DNA of 64,000 nucleotides. It comes from Buchnera aphidicola (Microlophium carnosum) (GTDB lineage Bacteria; Pseudomonadota; Gammaproteobacteria; Enterobacterales; Enterobacteriaceae). Shown here piece after piece: positions 55,242 through 64,000 of the stretch (its first letter is position 1; each line of letters opens with the position of its first letter). The notes beneath the pieces were generated by a model, which had not been told where the DNA came from, made no database searches, and saw nothing but the letters and a program-made list of their open reading frames with translations. A program made the translations under genes and the position numbers. The DNA lies in contig CP048747.1 in assembly GCA_011752475.1 (NCBI GenBank), forward strand, positions 77,584 through 141,583, given 5' to 3'.

Positions 55242-55781
55242 ATTAAAGGTGGAAAAAGAATTCAATTGATACGTCCTAATCGAGTTAACAGTGAGATACG
55301 TGCCGTTAAAGTTCGTCTTACAGGCGTCGAAGGCGATCAAATTGGTATAGTTAATTTACGTGAAGCTTTAGAAAAATCTGAGGAGTTAGGATTAGATTTA
55401 GTTGAAATTAGTCCAAATGCTGAACCTCCCGTTTGTCGTATTATGGATTATGGAAAGTTTCTTTATGAAAAAAGTAAATCTTCCAAGGAACAGAAAAAAA
55501 AACAAAAAGTGATTCAGATAAAAGAAATAAAATTTCGTCCAGGAACTGATGAAGGCGATTATCAAGTTAAATTACGTAATTTAATACGTTTTTTAGGTGA
55601 TGGCGATAAAACTAAAATTACTCTACGATTTAGAGGTCGAGAAATGGCACATCAAAAAATTGGTGTGGATGTTTTGAATAGAGTTAAAAATGACTTGATT
55701 GAATTAGCAACTGTAGAATCTTTTCCATCGAAAATTGAAGGTCGACAAATGATAATGATTTTAGCACCAAAGAAAAAATAA
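55242..55781 (+). CDS. infC: Translation initiation factor IF-3, ATT (AUU) start codon
   Basis: ATT AAA GGT GGA AAA AGA ... = (M)[20 protein letters not shown], matching the E. coli IF3 N-terminus [21 protein letters not shown]. It is in frame with listed ORF 55266..55781 and starts 4 nt after the thrS stop. 179 aa. Confidence 0.9.
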   Translation: MKGGKRIQLIRPNRVNSEIRAVKVRLTGVEGDQIGIVNLREALEKSEELGLDLVEISPNAEPPVCRIMDYGKFLYEKSKSSKEQKKKQKVIQIKEIKFRPGTDEGDYQVKLRNLIRFLGDGDKTKITLRFRGREMAHQKIGVDVLNRVKNDLIELATVESFPSKIEGRQMIMILAPKKK

Positions 55782-55870
55782 TAATGTTTAATTATATTTT
55801 TTTAGAATATATATGTAAATTATTTAAACAATTTTTTATATTTTTTTTTATAATTTAAATGAAATAGTTT

Positions 55871-56068
55871 ATGCCAAAAATTAAAACTTTAAAAAGTGCA
55901 GCTAAACGTTTTAAAAAAACTGCATCTGGTAAATTTAAACGTAAACAAGCAAACTTACGTCATATTTTAACGAAAAAAACAACAACTAAAAAACGTCATC
56001 TTCGTCCTAAGATTCTAGTATCTAAAGGAGATATAGATAGAGTTAAATCTTTTTTACCATATGCGTAA
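55871..56068 (+). CDS. rpmI: 50S ribosomal protein L35
   Basis: [36 protein letters not shown] is canonical L35. Confidence 0.95.
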   Translation: MPKIKTLKSAAKRFKKTASGKFKRKQANLRHILTKKTTTKKRHLRPKILVSKGDIDRVKSFLPYA

Positions 56069-56109
56069 ATTCACTTTTTTATGAAGATTTTACGAATAGG
56101 AGAGCATAA

Positions 56110-56466
56110 ATGGCTCGTGTAAAACGTGGAGTAATTGCCCACGCTCGTCACAAAAAAATCTTAAAACAAGCAAAAGGTTACTATGGAGCTCGATCGCGTA
56201 TTTATAGAGTTGCTTGTCAAGCAGTAATTAAAGCTGGTCAATATGCTTATCGTGATAGACGACAACGAAAACGACAATTCCGTCAATTATGGATTTCACG
56301 TATTAATGCTGCTGTTCGACAAAGTAAAATGTCTTATAGTAATTTTATATTTGGTTTAAAAAAAGCTTCAATTAATATTGATCGAAAAATATTATCTGAT
56401 ATTGCAATATTTGATATATTTTCATTTAATGCATTAGTAAAAAAAGCAAAAGAAGCTTTATTGTAA
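56110..56466 (+). CDS. rplT: 50S ribosomal protein L20
   Basis: [35 protein letters not shown]...[17 protein letters not shown] is canonical L20. Confidence 0.95.
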   Translation: MARVKRGVIAHARHKKILKQAKGYYGARSRIYRVACQAVIKAGQYAYRDRRQRKRQFRQLWISRINAAVRQSKMSYSNFIFGLKKASINIDRKILSDIAIFDIFSFNALVKKAKEALL

Positions 56467-56502
56467 ATATTACATTTTAGTATATTAAGATAAGTATATT
56501 AC

Positions 56503-56530
56503 GAGGGGAAAATTAATCTCCCCTCCATTT
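56503..56530 (+). terminator. Hairpin after rplT (candidate terminator)
   Basis: gagggga (56503-56509), 9-nt loop, tcccctc (56519-56525), followed by caTTTT. The stem is G/C-rich relative to its surroundings. Confidence 0.5.
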
Positions 56531-56602
56531 TAAAAAAATTACTATATCTAATAGAGTTTTTTTTTATATTTCAATTTTAGATTTATTCGTCTGAATAAAA
56601 AT

Positions 56603-56626
56603 AAGCTTCCTTTATGGAAGCTTTTT
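56603..56626 (+). terminator. Terminator-like hairpin immediately upstream of pheS (possible fossil pheST attenuator)
   Basis: aagcttcc (56603-56610), loop tttat, ggaagctt (56616-56623), then TTT. It lies 23 nt after the stop of a Phe-rich mini-frame (…EFFFIFQF*). Confidence 0.55.
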
Positions 56627-56677
56627 AGTATGTTAAATACATTCTTAAATACAAATAAAATAAAAAAAGAATATAAT

Positions 56678-57667
56678 ATGTTAAATTTAAATCAGTTATT
56701 CAAAACTGTTAAAATAGATATAAAAAATTCAAAAACAATAGAAGAATTAGATAAAATTCGTGTGAAATATTTAGGAAAAAAAGGTATTTTTACTGCTTAT
56801 ATGAAAAATTTAAAAAATTTTTCTTTTGAAGAAAAAAAGCAATATAGTATTTTTATTAATCAAAAAAAACAAGAAATTATTGAACAAATTAATCAAAAAA
56901 AACAAAAAGTAACTATAGAGATTTTAGAACAACGTATTAAGAAAGAAACTATTGATGTATCTTTACCTGGACGTCGGATGGAACGCGGTTGTTTACATCC
57001 TATAACACATACTATTAATCATATAAAAAATTTTTTTTTAACATTAGGATTTCAATCAATAAATAGTCCTGAAATAGAAGATGAATATCATAATTTTGAT
57101 GCTTTAAATATTTCTAAAAATCATCCAGCTCGAGATAGTCATGATACTTTTTGGTTTGATGATGTGCGATTATTAAGAACACAAACTTCAAGTATGCAAA
57201 TTCGCATTATGAAAAAAGAAAAGCCACCAATTAGATTTATTTTTCCTGGTAAAGTGTACCGTAATGATTACGATATTACACATACACCTATGTTTCATCA
57301 AATTGAAGGTTTGATAGTTGATAAAAATATTAATTTTTCCAATTTAAAATGGATTATATATAAATTTTTATATAATTTTTTTGGAGAAGAAGTTTCTATT
57401 AAATTTCGTCCATCGTATTTTCCTTTTACTGTACCTTCTGCAGAAGTAGATATTATTAATCATGATGGAAAATCTTTAGAAATATTAGGATGTGGAATGG
57501 TACATCCTAATGTCTTGAAAAATGTTAATATTAATTCAAAGATATATTCTGCTTGTGCTTTTGGAATAGGTATTGAAAGAATTACAATGCTACGCTATGG
57601 AATCTCTGATATTCGATCTTTTTTTGAAAACGACATAAGATTTTTAGATCAATTTAAATATAATTAG
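56678..57667 (+). CDS. pheS: Phenylalanyl-tRNA synthetase alpha subunit
   Basis: IRVKYLGKKG, IDVSLPGRRMERGCLHP, FDALNISKNHPARD, RTQTSSMQIR, GKVYRNDYDITHTPMFHQIEG. The second ATG (56678) reproduces the E. coli spacing to VRVEYLGKKG. The listed start at 56630 is an in-frame alternative. Confidence 0.93.
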   Translation: MLNLNQLFKTVKIDIKNSKTIEELDKIRVKYLGKKGIFTAYMKNLKNFSFEEKKQYSIFINQKKQEIIEQINQKKQKVTIEILEQRIKKETIDVSLPGRRMERGCLHPITHTINHIKNFFLTLGFQSINSPEIEDEYHNFDALNISKNHPARDSHDTFWFDDVRLLRTQTSSMQIRIMKKEKPPIRFIFPGKVYRNDYDITHTPMFHQIEGLIVDKNINFSNLKWIIYKFLYNFFGEEVSIKFRPSYFPFTVPSAEVDIINHDGKSLEILGCGMVHPNVLKNVNINSKIYSACAFGIGIERITMLRYGISDIRSFFENDIRFLDQFKYN

Positions 57668-57676
57668 CAGGATAAA

Positions 57677-60061
57677 ATGAAATTTAGTGAAAAATGGTTG
57701 CGTGAATGGATAAATCCAAAAATTAATAGTGAGATTTTATACGAACAAATTTCTAGTTCTGGTATTGAAGTAGAACATATTAATAATTTTAAAGTTACAT
57801 TTGATGGTGTTGTAGTTGGTGAAATAGTTCAATGTGTTTCCCATTCTCAATCTCATAATTTAAAGATACTGAAAGTAGATATAGGAGATAAAAAATTATT
57901 AAATATTATATGTGGAGCACCTAATTGTTATAATGGTATGAAAGTTGCAGTAGCTACCATCGGTTCTACTTTACCTAAAAATATAATAATTAGTAAAAAA
58001 ATATTCTTGGGAGAATTATCTGAAGGAATGCTGTGTTCTTTTTTTGAATTAGGTATTTTTTTTGATGACAATAACATTATTGAATTTCCTAAAGAAACAA
58101 TGATAGGGATTGATGTGCATGATTATTTATCATTAAATGATAATATTATTAAAGTTGCTATGACGTCGAATCGTCCAGATAGCATGAGTATTTTAGGTTT
58201 GTCTCGCAATATAGCAGCTATAAATAATTTAAGAATACCACCTTTAATATATAAATCCATTCCTGTAATTGTTGAGAAAAAAATTGATATTGATATTCAA
58301 GCAAAAAAAGATTGTATTAATTTTTTAGGGAGAATGATAGAAAATATTAATATAGATGTTGATATTCCTTTTCAGATGAAAAAAAAATTATTTTTTTCTG
58401 ATCTTTTAACAGAAAATGTGATAACAAATATTCTTAATTACGTCTTAATTGAAATTGGACAACCATTAAATGCACTAAATTCAGATAATATTGATGGTTC
58501 TGTTATAGTTCGTCTGGCAAAAGATAAAGAAAATATATTTTTAAAGAATAATATAAATATAAGTTTAAATAAAAATATATTAGTTTTTTCTGATACTAGT
58601 AAAATCTTATTCCTTCCTGGAAATATTAATTCTAATATTGTTGATGTTAATAAAAATACTAAAAACATATTTTTAACTTCATCTTTAATTAACAGACATT
58701 CAATTTTTTATATTCTCAAAAAAATGAATTCTAATAAAATATTAGAATATTACAATTATGGTGTTGATCCGTTACTTCAAAATTATGCTATTGAGTATGC
58801 AACTGATTTAATTATAAAAATATGTGGTGGTACTCCTGGTCCAGTTAATAGTAAAAAAGTTGATTCTTCTATACATAAAAATGCAATAAGATTGCATCAT
58901 AAAACAGTAAATAAAGTGATAGGTTTTTTTGTTGATACAATTGTTATTTCAAATATTTTATGTAGTCTTGATTATCAGTTAAATTTTCAAAAAAAATTTT
59001 GGAACGTTATTCCTCCTAGCTGGCGATTCGATATACTTATTGAGGAAGATGTAATTAGTGATATACTTCGAATTTACGGATATAAAAATGTTTGTTTGAC
59101 TCCATTAAAAGAGTTTTCAGATTGTAATAAAAAAAGTGAATTGATAGATTTTTTATTAAATAAATCTGCGATTATATTAATTAATCAAGGTTATTATGAA
59201 GTTATAAACTATGGTTTTATTGATCCTAAAATACAAAATTTAATTTTTCCGAATAAAAAAAATTTATTGTTATCTAATCCTATTTCTCAAGATATGTCAT
59301 GTATGCGCTTATCTTTATGGCCTGGTTTGCTTAAAAATATTTCTTTTAATAAAAATCGTCAGCAACATAGTATCCGTATTTTTGAAAGTGGACTTTGTTT
59401 TGCAGAGGATGAAAAAGAAAATCTTGGTGTGAAGCAAGAATTTTTTTTAGCAGCAGCAATTAGTGGAAATTATATTAAAGAAAATTGGTATGATAAAACA
59501 AGAAAAATGGATTTTTATGATTTAAAAGGTGATTTGGAATCTATATTAGAATCGTTATGTCAATTGAATCATATAGAATTTCGGCGTGAAATAATATCTG
59601 GACTACATCCAGAACAAAGTGCATCAGTTTATTTTAGAAATCATTTAATTGGTAGTATTGGAGCCATTGACCCAAGACTAGAAAAAGAATTAAATATAAA
59701 TAGTGCTACATTTTTATTTGAAATATCATTAAATCATTTTTCATATATTAAACCATTAAAAATTCAAGAAATTTCAAAATTTCCTACTATTCGACGTGAT
59801 ATTGCAATACTAATCTCAGAAGAGATTTCAGTTTATACTGTTATTAAAGAATGTAAAAAGTTTTTTATTAATCAAAAAGTAGAAATTAATATATTTGATA
59901 TATACTCTTGTGAAGAATTTTATAATAAGAAAAAAAGTTTAGGGATTAGTTTTATTTTTCAGAATAAAAAAAGAACTTTACAAGATAATGAAATTAATTT
60001 AAAGATGAACGATCTTATAGGAGTATTAAAGAACAAATTTCAAGCTATCTTAAGGAAATAA
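57677..60061 (+). CDS. pheT: Phenylalanyl-tRNA synthetase beta subunit
   Basis: 794 aa. [14 protein letters not shown] is the conserved PheT N-terminus. Follows pheS by 9 nt. Confidence 0.94.
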   Translation: MKFSEKWLREWINPKINSEILYEQISSSGIEVEHINNFKVTFDGVVVGEIVQCVSHSQSHNLKILKVDIGDKKLLNIICGAPNCYNGMKVAVATIGSTLPKNIIISKKIFLGELSEGMLCSFFELGIFFDDNNIIEFPKETMIGIDVHDYLSLNDNIIKVAMTSNRPDSMSILGLSRNIAAINNLRIPPLIYKSIPVIVEKKIDIDIQAKKDCINFLGRMIENINIDVDIPFQMKKKLFFSDLLTENVITNILNYVLIEIGQPLNALNSDNIDGSVIVRLAKDKENIFLKNNINISLNKNILVFSDTSKILFLPGNINSNIVDVNKNTKNIFLTSSLINRHSIFYILKKMNSNKILEYYNYGVDPLLQNYAIEYATDLIIKICGGTPGPVNSKKVDSSIHKNAIRLHHKTVNKVIGFFVDTIVISNILCSLDYQLNFQKKFWNVIPPSWRFDILIEEDVISDILRIYGYKNVCLTPLKEFSDCNKKSELIDFLLNKSAIILINQGYYEVINYGFIDPKIQNLIFPNKKNLLLSNPISQDMSCMRLSLWPGLLKNISFNKNRQQHSIRIFESGLCFAEDEKENLGVKQEFFLAAAISGNYIKENWYDKTRKMDFYDLKGDLESILESLCQLNHIEFRREIISGLHPEQSASVYFRNHLIGSIGAIDPRLEKELNINSATFLFEISLNHFSYIKPLKIQEISKFPTIRRDIAILISEEISVYTVIKECKKFFINQKVEINIFDIYSCEEFYNKKKSLGISFIFQNKKRTLQDNEINLKMNDLIGVLKNKFQAILRK

Positions 60062-60065
60062 ACTT

Positions 60066-60374
60066 ATGGTACTTACAAAATCCGAAATTTCAGAAAATTT
60101 ATTTGAGAAATTACAATTAACTAAAAAAGAATCAAAGAAATTTGTAGAATTTTTTTTTGAAGAAGTTAAAAAATCCTTAGAACAGGGAGAAGATGTTAAA
60201 TTATCTGGATTTGGAAATTTTCAAATCAAGAATAAAAAATCTCGTCCTGGTAGAAATCCTAGAACAGGAGAATTTTGTCTTATAACAGCTAGAAGAGTAG
60301 TTACTTTTAAAGCTGGACAAAAACTGAAAAGTAAAATTGATATTAATTTAATAAAAAAAAATAATGATGTTTAG
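60066..60374 (+). CDS. ihfA: Integration host factor alpha subunit
   Basis: [32 protein letters not shown]...[22 protein letters not shown] matches IHF-alpha. Confidence 0.93.
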   Translation: MVLTKSEISENLFEKLQLTKKESKKFVEFFFEEVKKSLEQGEDVKLSGFGNFQIKNKKSRPGRNPRTGEFCLITARRVVTFKAGQKLKSKIDINLIKKNNDV

Positions 60375-60469
60375 TATTACTAGAATCATTTTTTAAAAAA
60401 ATTAATAATATATAATTATCTAATTTTTATTTTTTATTTACCAGCAATCACTGAGATCCTTATTATATT

Positions 60470-61245
60470 CGTAGTACATATTGTGTAATAGTTATGTACA
60501 GATATACTAGAGTATTATTCTAGAACTTTTTTTTAAAATTTTTAAAATAAAATTAATTGTGTTGATATATTTTGTTCTAAATAATACTAAAGTTATTCTT
60601 ATTCGTTTTTTTGGTATATAAATAAAACAAAAAGATCTGTTTTTAATTAAAAAATTTAGATGTTAATTAATATTACACTGTATATAAAAAAATAAATGTT
60701 GTTCTTGTATCTACTGCTAAATTATATTTTGAGTTTACCTTTTTTAGATATATCTTATAATAAGAGTGCAGGTATAAATTATATGATTTTTTAGATAGGT
60801 TTTAGTATATTTTTCATTAATTACAAAGTTAAAAATTAGAGAATTTATTATAAATTCTGCATTAGTTAAAGTGTTTTCTTTAATAATTAAAAAGATTAAA
60901 TCTTGTAAAAAATAGCAGTTGTATTATTTTGATGAGTACCGAGTACACTTTTTTTGTAGAAAGTGCTTATCACTTGCTCATATAATCTAATATATCAAAC
61001 GTTTTATTAAGACATGCTAATATTTTTGTATATTTTAGTTGCAAATATAATCACATTCATATGTTAATTACTAATTTTTATTTTTCTAAACTAACATTAA
61101 TCATGTTATTTGCTGTTTTTAAAAGATGTAACAATACAATGAGCACTTATCATAAAAAAATAATAAACGAATAGAGTTTTTTTATTATGATGATGTAATA
61201 AAAGTGCATCATTTAGTCTGTTTTAAATTAGAATCCTTTAAAAAA
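60470..61245 (+). pseudogene. queA: Eroded queA (S-adenosylmethionine:tRNA ribosyltransferase-isomerase) remnant; 5' boundary uncertain
   Basis: Frame 2, 61019-61171: NIFVYFSCKYNHIHMLITNFYFSKLTLIMLFAVFKRCNNTMSTYHKKIINE* aligns with E. coli QueA [51 protein letters not shown]. It shifts to frame 1 for EFFYYDDVIKV (RFFSYGDAMFI). Stops occur at 60983 and 61172. A weaker relic, DLFLIKKFR (DLLVFNNTR), starts at 60634. No ORF of 60 codons or more exists in the region. Confidence 0.75.
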
Positions 61246-61311
61246 TTACAGGATTATAGAGAAGAAATTCAAAATACAGGAGGTGAGAGTATTCTACTGA
61301 TGTGTTTCATT

Positions 61312-62120
61312 TGTATTTTAGAACTAGATACAAAAGAATAAAATTATATAAAACATTGTATAATTTTATAAATTGATCAGGATTTATTCTGACTTATTTT
61401 TGAATATTGTGATTTTTAATTGTTTAGAATTTTGTCAAGTTATTAAAAACAGAGTTCTTTTTTTAAATTATATTAACGAAAAAAATTTATATCTAGAAAA
61501 TTATATAAAATTTTAATTAGATTTAGATTCGAATATTGTCATAATTTTTGATGAATATATTATATATATTAAATATCTAAAAAAATACATGGAAGTTTAT
61601 TATTTTCGCTAAAAAAGTTCTTTTTTATTTTTATAAAAAAATTTATTATTTGGTATTGTTCATAAAAATATATTTATTTTAAAGTAATATTGTGCTAAAA
61701 AAATCAATAAAAATAAATTTTTATTAATATGTATTAGGTAATTGATTTGTTGAAGACTCAAAAATAAATATATAGAGTATTATATTATATTTATTCTCAA
61801 ATACTAAAAAATAAACCTCGTGTTTTATAAGAATAGGTAATCTATAAGATTTTTATATGAATAGTTGATAAAAAAAGTATAGAAATAAAAGATATAATGA
61901 AGTTTAATCTTATTTTAGATAGTATACGTACTTGTTGCACTCTTTAATATTATACTCGTTCTTATTTATACATCGTGTTTACATTATTAGTAGCTCGTTT
62001 AAAATATCAATACATAATTTAGATTGTTATCAGACATTAATGTCTAATGTAAGAATTTCAATAAAAAATAATACATTCTCTAATGTATATTAAATTTTTA
62101 TAAAAAAATAAAATTAATTT
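61312..62120 (+). pseudogene. tgt: Eroded tgt (queuine tRNA-ribosyltransferase) remnant
   Basis: Relics colinear with E. coli Tgt: ILELDTKE* at 61315-61341 (MKFELDTTDG). LDSNIVIIFDEY at 61523-61558 (LGSDIVMIFDEC). KKYMEVYYFR*KS (AKRSMEMSLRWAKRS). NLLFGIVHKN at 61640-61669 (NALFGIIQGS). YTRSYLYI...LLVARLK at 61951-62004 (YSRAYLHH...ILGARLN). Multiple stops and frame changes, and about 300 nt shorter than an intact gene. Sits just upstream of yajC, as tgt does in E. coli. Confidence 0.8.
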
Positions 62121-62148
62121 TCAGTAGTATAATTTTAAGGAAAAACAA

Positions 62149-62484
62149 ATGAATTTTTTAATTCAAAATGCTAATGCTATAGCACATGAAACATCAGAAA
62201 GTGGAAATTCGTATTCTTTAATATTTATGGTTATAATATTTTTATTAGTTTTTTATTTTATGCTTTTTCGTCCTCAACAAAAGAAAGATAAAGAACATAA
62301 AAATCTCATGCATTCTCTTGTTTCAGGAGATGAAGTTATAACAACTAGTGGATTATTAGGACGCATAAAAAAAATTACAAAAAATGGATATATTTTACTT
62401 CAATTGAACGATACAACTGAAGTCTTTATAAAACAAGATTTTATAGCATCGTCATTACCTAAAGGCACTTTAAAATCGTTATAA
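62149..62484 (+). CDS. yajC: Sec translocon accessory protein YajC
   Basis: LIFMVIIFLLVFYFMLFRPQQKKDKEHKNLMHSLVSGDEVITTSGLLGRI...LNDTTEVFIKQDFIASSLPKGTLKSL is colinear with E. coli YajC. AAGGA Shine-Dalgarno upstream. Confidence 0.93.
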   Translation: MNFLIQNANAIAHETSESGNSYSLIFMVIIFLLVFYFMLFRPQQKKDKEHKNLMHSLVSGDEVITTSGLLGRIKKITKNGYILLQLNDTTEVFIKQDFIASSLPKGTLKSL

Positions 62485-62544
62485 TTGTTATTACTAAAAA
62501 AGTGTAATATATTTATACTGAATGCTTATTTTTTTTAAATATAT

Positions 62545-64000
62545 TTAATATAAATAAGAGAAATCTGCTATTGAAAAAAAAATTTTTTTTAAGGCATTAA
62601 GTAAAAGTAATCGGTTTAATCGTATTTTAGAATTAGAATCATTTATTTTAACTTTGTTAAAAAAATTACATATAGGTTTTTCAAGTTCTTTGATTTTTAT
62701 TAAAATATCTTGATATTTTTTTTCTAAAAATAATTTTTTTGTATCAACTTTAAATTTTTTTATTTGGTTAAATAATATCATTTCTTCTTCTTTTTGTATT
62801 AATTTGATATTAATACGTCCAGAAATTTTTTTACTTTCTTTGTCTAAAATGTTCGATATTCTTTTAATAGATAATATTATTGATTTTGAACCTTCTAGTT
62901 TTTGAAAAGAAGATATAGCTTGTATTTTTTGATCAATATCTATTAGTTGTGTTGATTTATACGTTAGTATTGATTTAATAGTTTTTATTTTATATCCTGT
63001 TTCTTCATACCAATGAAATAATCTTTTGATTAAAAATTTAAAAATTTCACTTGATATTAATAAATTATTAGTATTTTTTTTATTATATAGATTGAGGCTT
63101 TTATTAATTAAATCGTTTAAATCTAATGGTATATTTTTTACGATAATAATACGTATTATTCCTATTGCTAAACGTCTTAACGCAAATGGATCTTTATCTG
63201 CACTGGGGGTGTTTCCAATATAAAACATTCCTGATAAAGTATCCATTTTATCAGCAATTGATAATGCACAACCTATAGCAGTACACGGAAGTCTATCACC
63301 TGAAAAAGACGGTAAATATTGTTCTTCAAGAGCAATAGCAACATTTTTTTGTTCTTTGTCTTTTAAAGAATAATACATGCCTATAGTGCCTTGTAATTCT
63401 GGAAATTCGCATACAACATGAGTAATCAGATCACATTTAGATAGAAGTGCTGCTCTAATTGCATCTTGTATGTTACTACAATTATACTTAGCAATCCATT
63501 TAACAAGTAATTTAAGACGCAATGTTTTTTCATACAATGAACCAAGCTTGTTTTGAAACAAAACTTTTTTTAAAGATAAAAGATGGCTTTCTAATTTTAC
63601 CATTCTATCATTTTTAAAAAAAAATTCAGCATCTGAAAGTCGTGCATGCATTACTTTTTGATTTCCTATAATAATTTTTTTTGGTTCTTTTGAGTTAATA
63701 TTAGAAACAAAGATAAAATATGGAAGAAGTTTGTTTTGAAAATTATATACTGGAAAACATTTTTGTTGTTTTTCTATAGTATGTATTAGTATTTTTTCAG
63801 GTATTTTAAGAAATTTTTTTTTAAAAGTAGCTAAAAGTACTTCAGGTGATTCTACTAAAGCAGTCACTTCTTCAATTAAAAAATCACTATTTTTTATATA
63901 TCCGTTAATTTTTTGCGCAATTTCTTTAATTTTTTTTATAATTATTTCTTTACGAGTTATATAATTAGCCACGATATTATTTTTTTGAAAAAGAATCGTC
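62545..64000 (-). CDS. glyS: Glycyl-tRNA synthetase beta subunit, C-terminal about two thirds (5' end beyond window)
   Basis: LIEEVTALVESPEVLLATFKKKFLKIPEKILIHTIEKQQKCFPVY matches E. coli GlyS LLEEV.SLVEWPVVL...F..KFL.VP.E.L...M...QKYFPV. The reading frame stays open upstream of the listed GTG (63972) to the window edge. Confidence 0.9.
   Translation of the reverse strand, partial: TILFQKNNIVANYITRKEIIIKKIKEIAQKINGYIKNSDFLIEEVTALVESPEVLLATFKKKFLKIPEKILIHTIEKQQKCFPVYNFQNKLLPYFIFVSNINSKEPKKIIIGNQKVMHARLSDAEFFFKNDRMVKLESHLLSLKKVLFQNKLGSLYEKTLRLKLLVKWIAKYNCSNIQDAIRAALLSKCDLITHVVCEFPELQGTIGMYYSLKDKEQKNVAIALEEQYLPSFSGDRLPCTAIGCALSIADKMDTLSGMFYIGNTPSADKDPFALRRLAIGIIRIIIVKNIPLDLNDLINKSLNLYNKKNTNNLLISSEIFKFLIKRLFHWYEETGYKIKTIKSILTYKSTQLIDIDQKIQAISSFQKLEGSKSIILSIKRISNILDKESKKISGRINIKLIQKEEEMILFNQIKKFKVDTKKLFLEKKYQDILIKIKELEKPICNFFNKVKINDSNSKIRLNRLLLLNALKKIFFSIADFSYLY

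Noticed and set aside
56613-56627. Mini-ORF ATG GAA GCT TTT TAG (MEAF*) inside the pre-pheS hairpin as a leader peptide.
   Set aside because: It lies within the hairpin arms themselves and has no ribosome-binding site. The Phe-rich frame upstream is a better leader candidate.

Overview
The window is very AT-rich by inspection, with short intergenic spacers and almost no regulatory or mobile DNA. It looks like a reduced-genome gammaproteobacterial endosymbiont. Gene content and order resemble Buchnera aphidicola, but that attribution rests on recalled synteny, not a search.

Gene order, left to right:
- A filament-less flagellar export/basal-body cluster: fliF (partial), fliG, H, I, J, K, M, N, a fused fliO-fliP, fliQ, fliR.
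- rpmG-rpmB, a split tamB/ytfN, ppa, pmbA, rnpB (RNase P RNA), rsmI, fabB, tal-tkt, dapE, a 92-codon bamC remnant, dapA, aroC, smrB.
- The complete hisGDCBHAFI operon, then gnd, dcd, metG, a frameshifted tilS, tRNA-Val(GAC), ribE, rnfABCDGE, nth, priA, tyrS, sufA-like, ydiK, aroH.
- thrS-infC-rpmI-rplT-pheST-ihfA, about 1.8 kb of dead DNA that I read as eroded queA and tgt, yajC, and glyS (partial).

I saw no CRISPR array, IS element, prophage, defence island or rRNA.

The unusual features are all signatures of genome decay:
- tamB and the normally essential tilS are each split inside an A11 tract, and both need the same +1 A correction. rnfC has a related 5' start problem.
- queA and tgt are fossils with recognisable peptide relics.
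- priA is full length, but every helicase/ATPase motif I could align is degenerate while its zinc-finger cysteines are kept.
- bamC is cut down to its lipobox plus the N-terminal segment.
- fliO and fliP are fused.
- Fossil attenuators sit upstream of hisG and pheS.

All homology statements are by-eye comparisons with E. coli sequences recalled from memory, not database searches.
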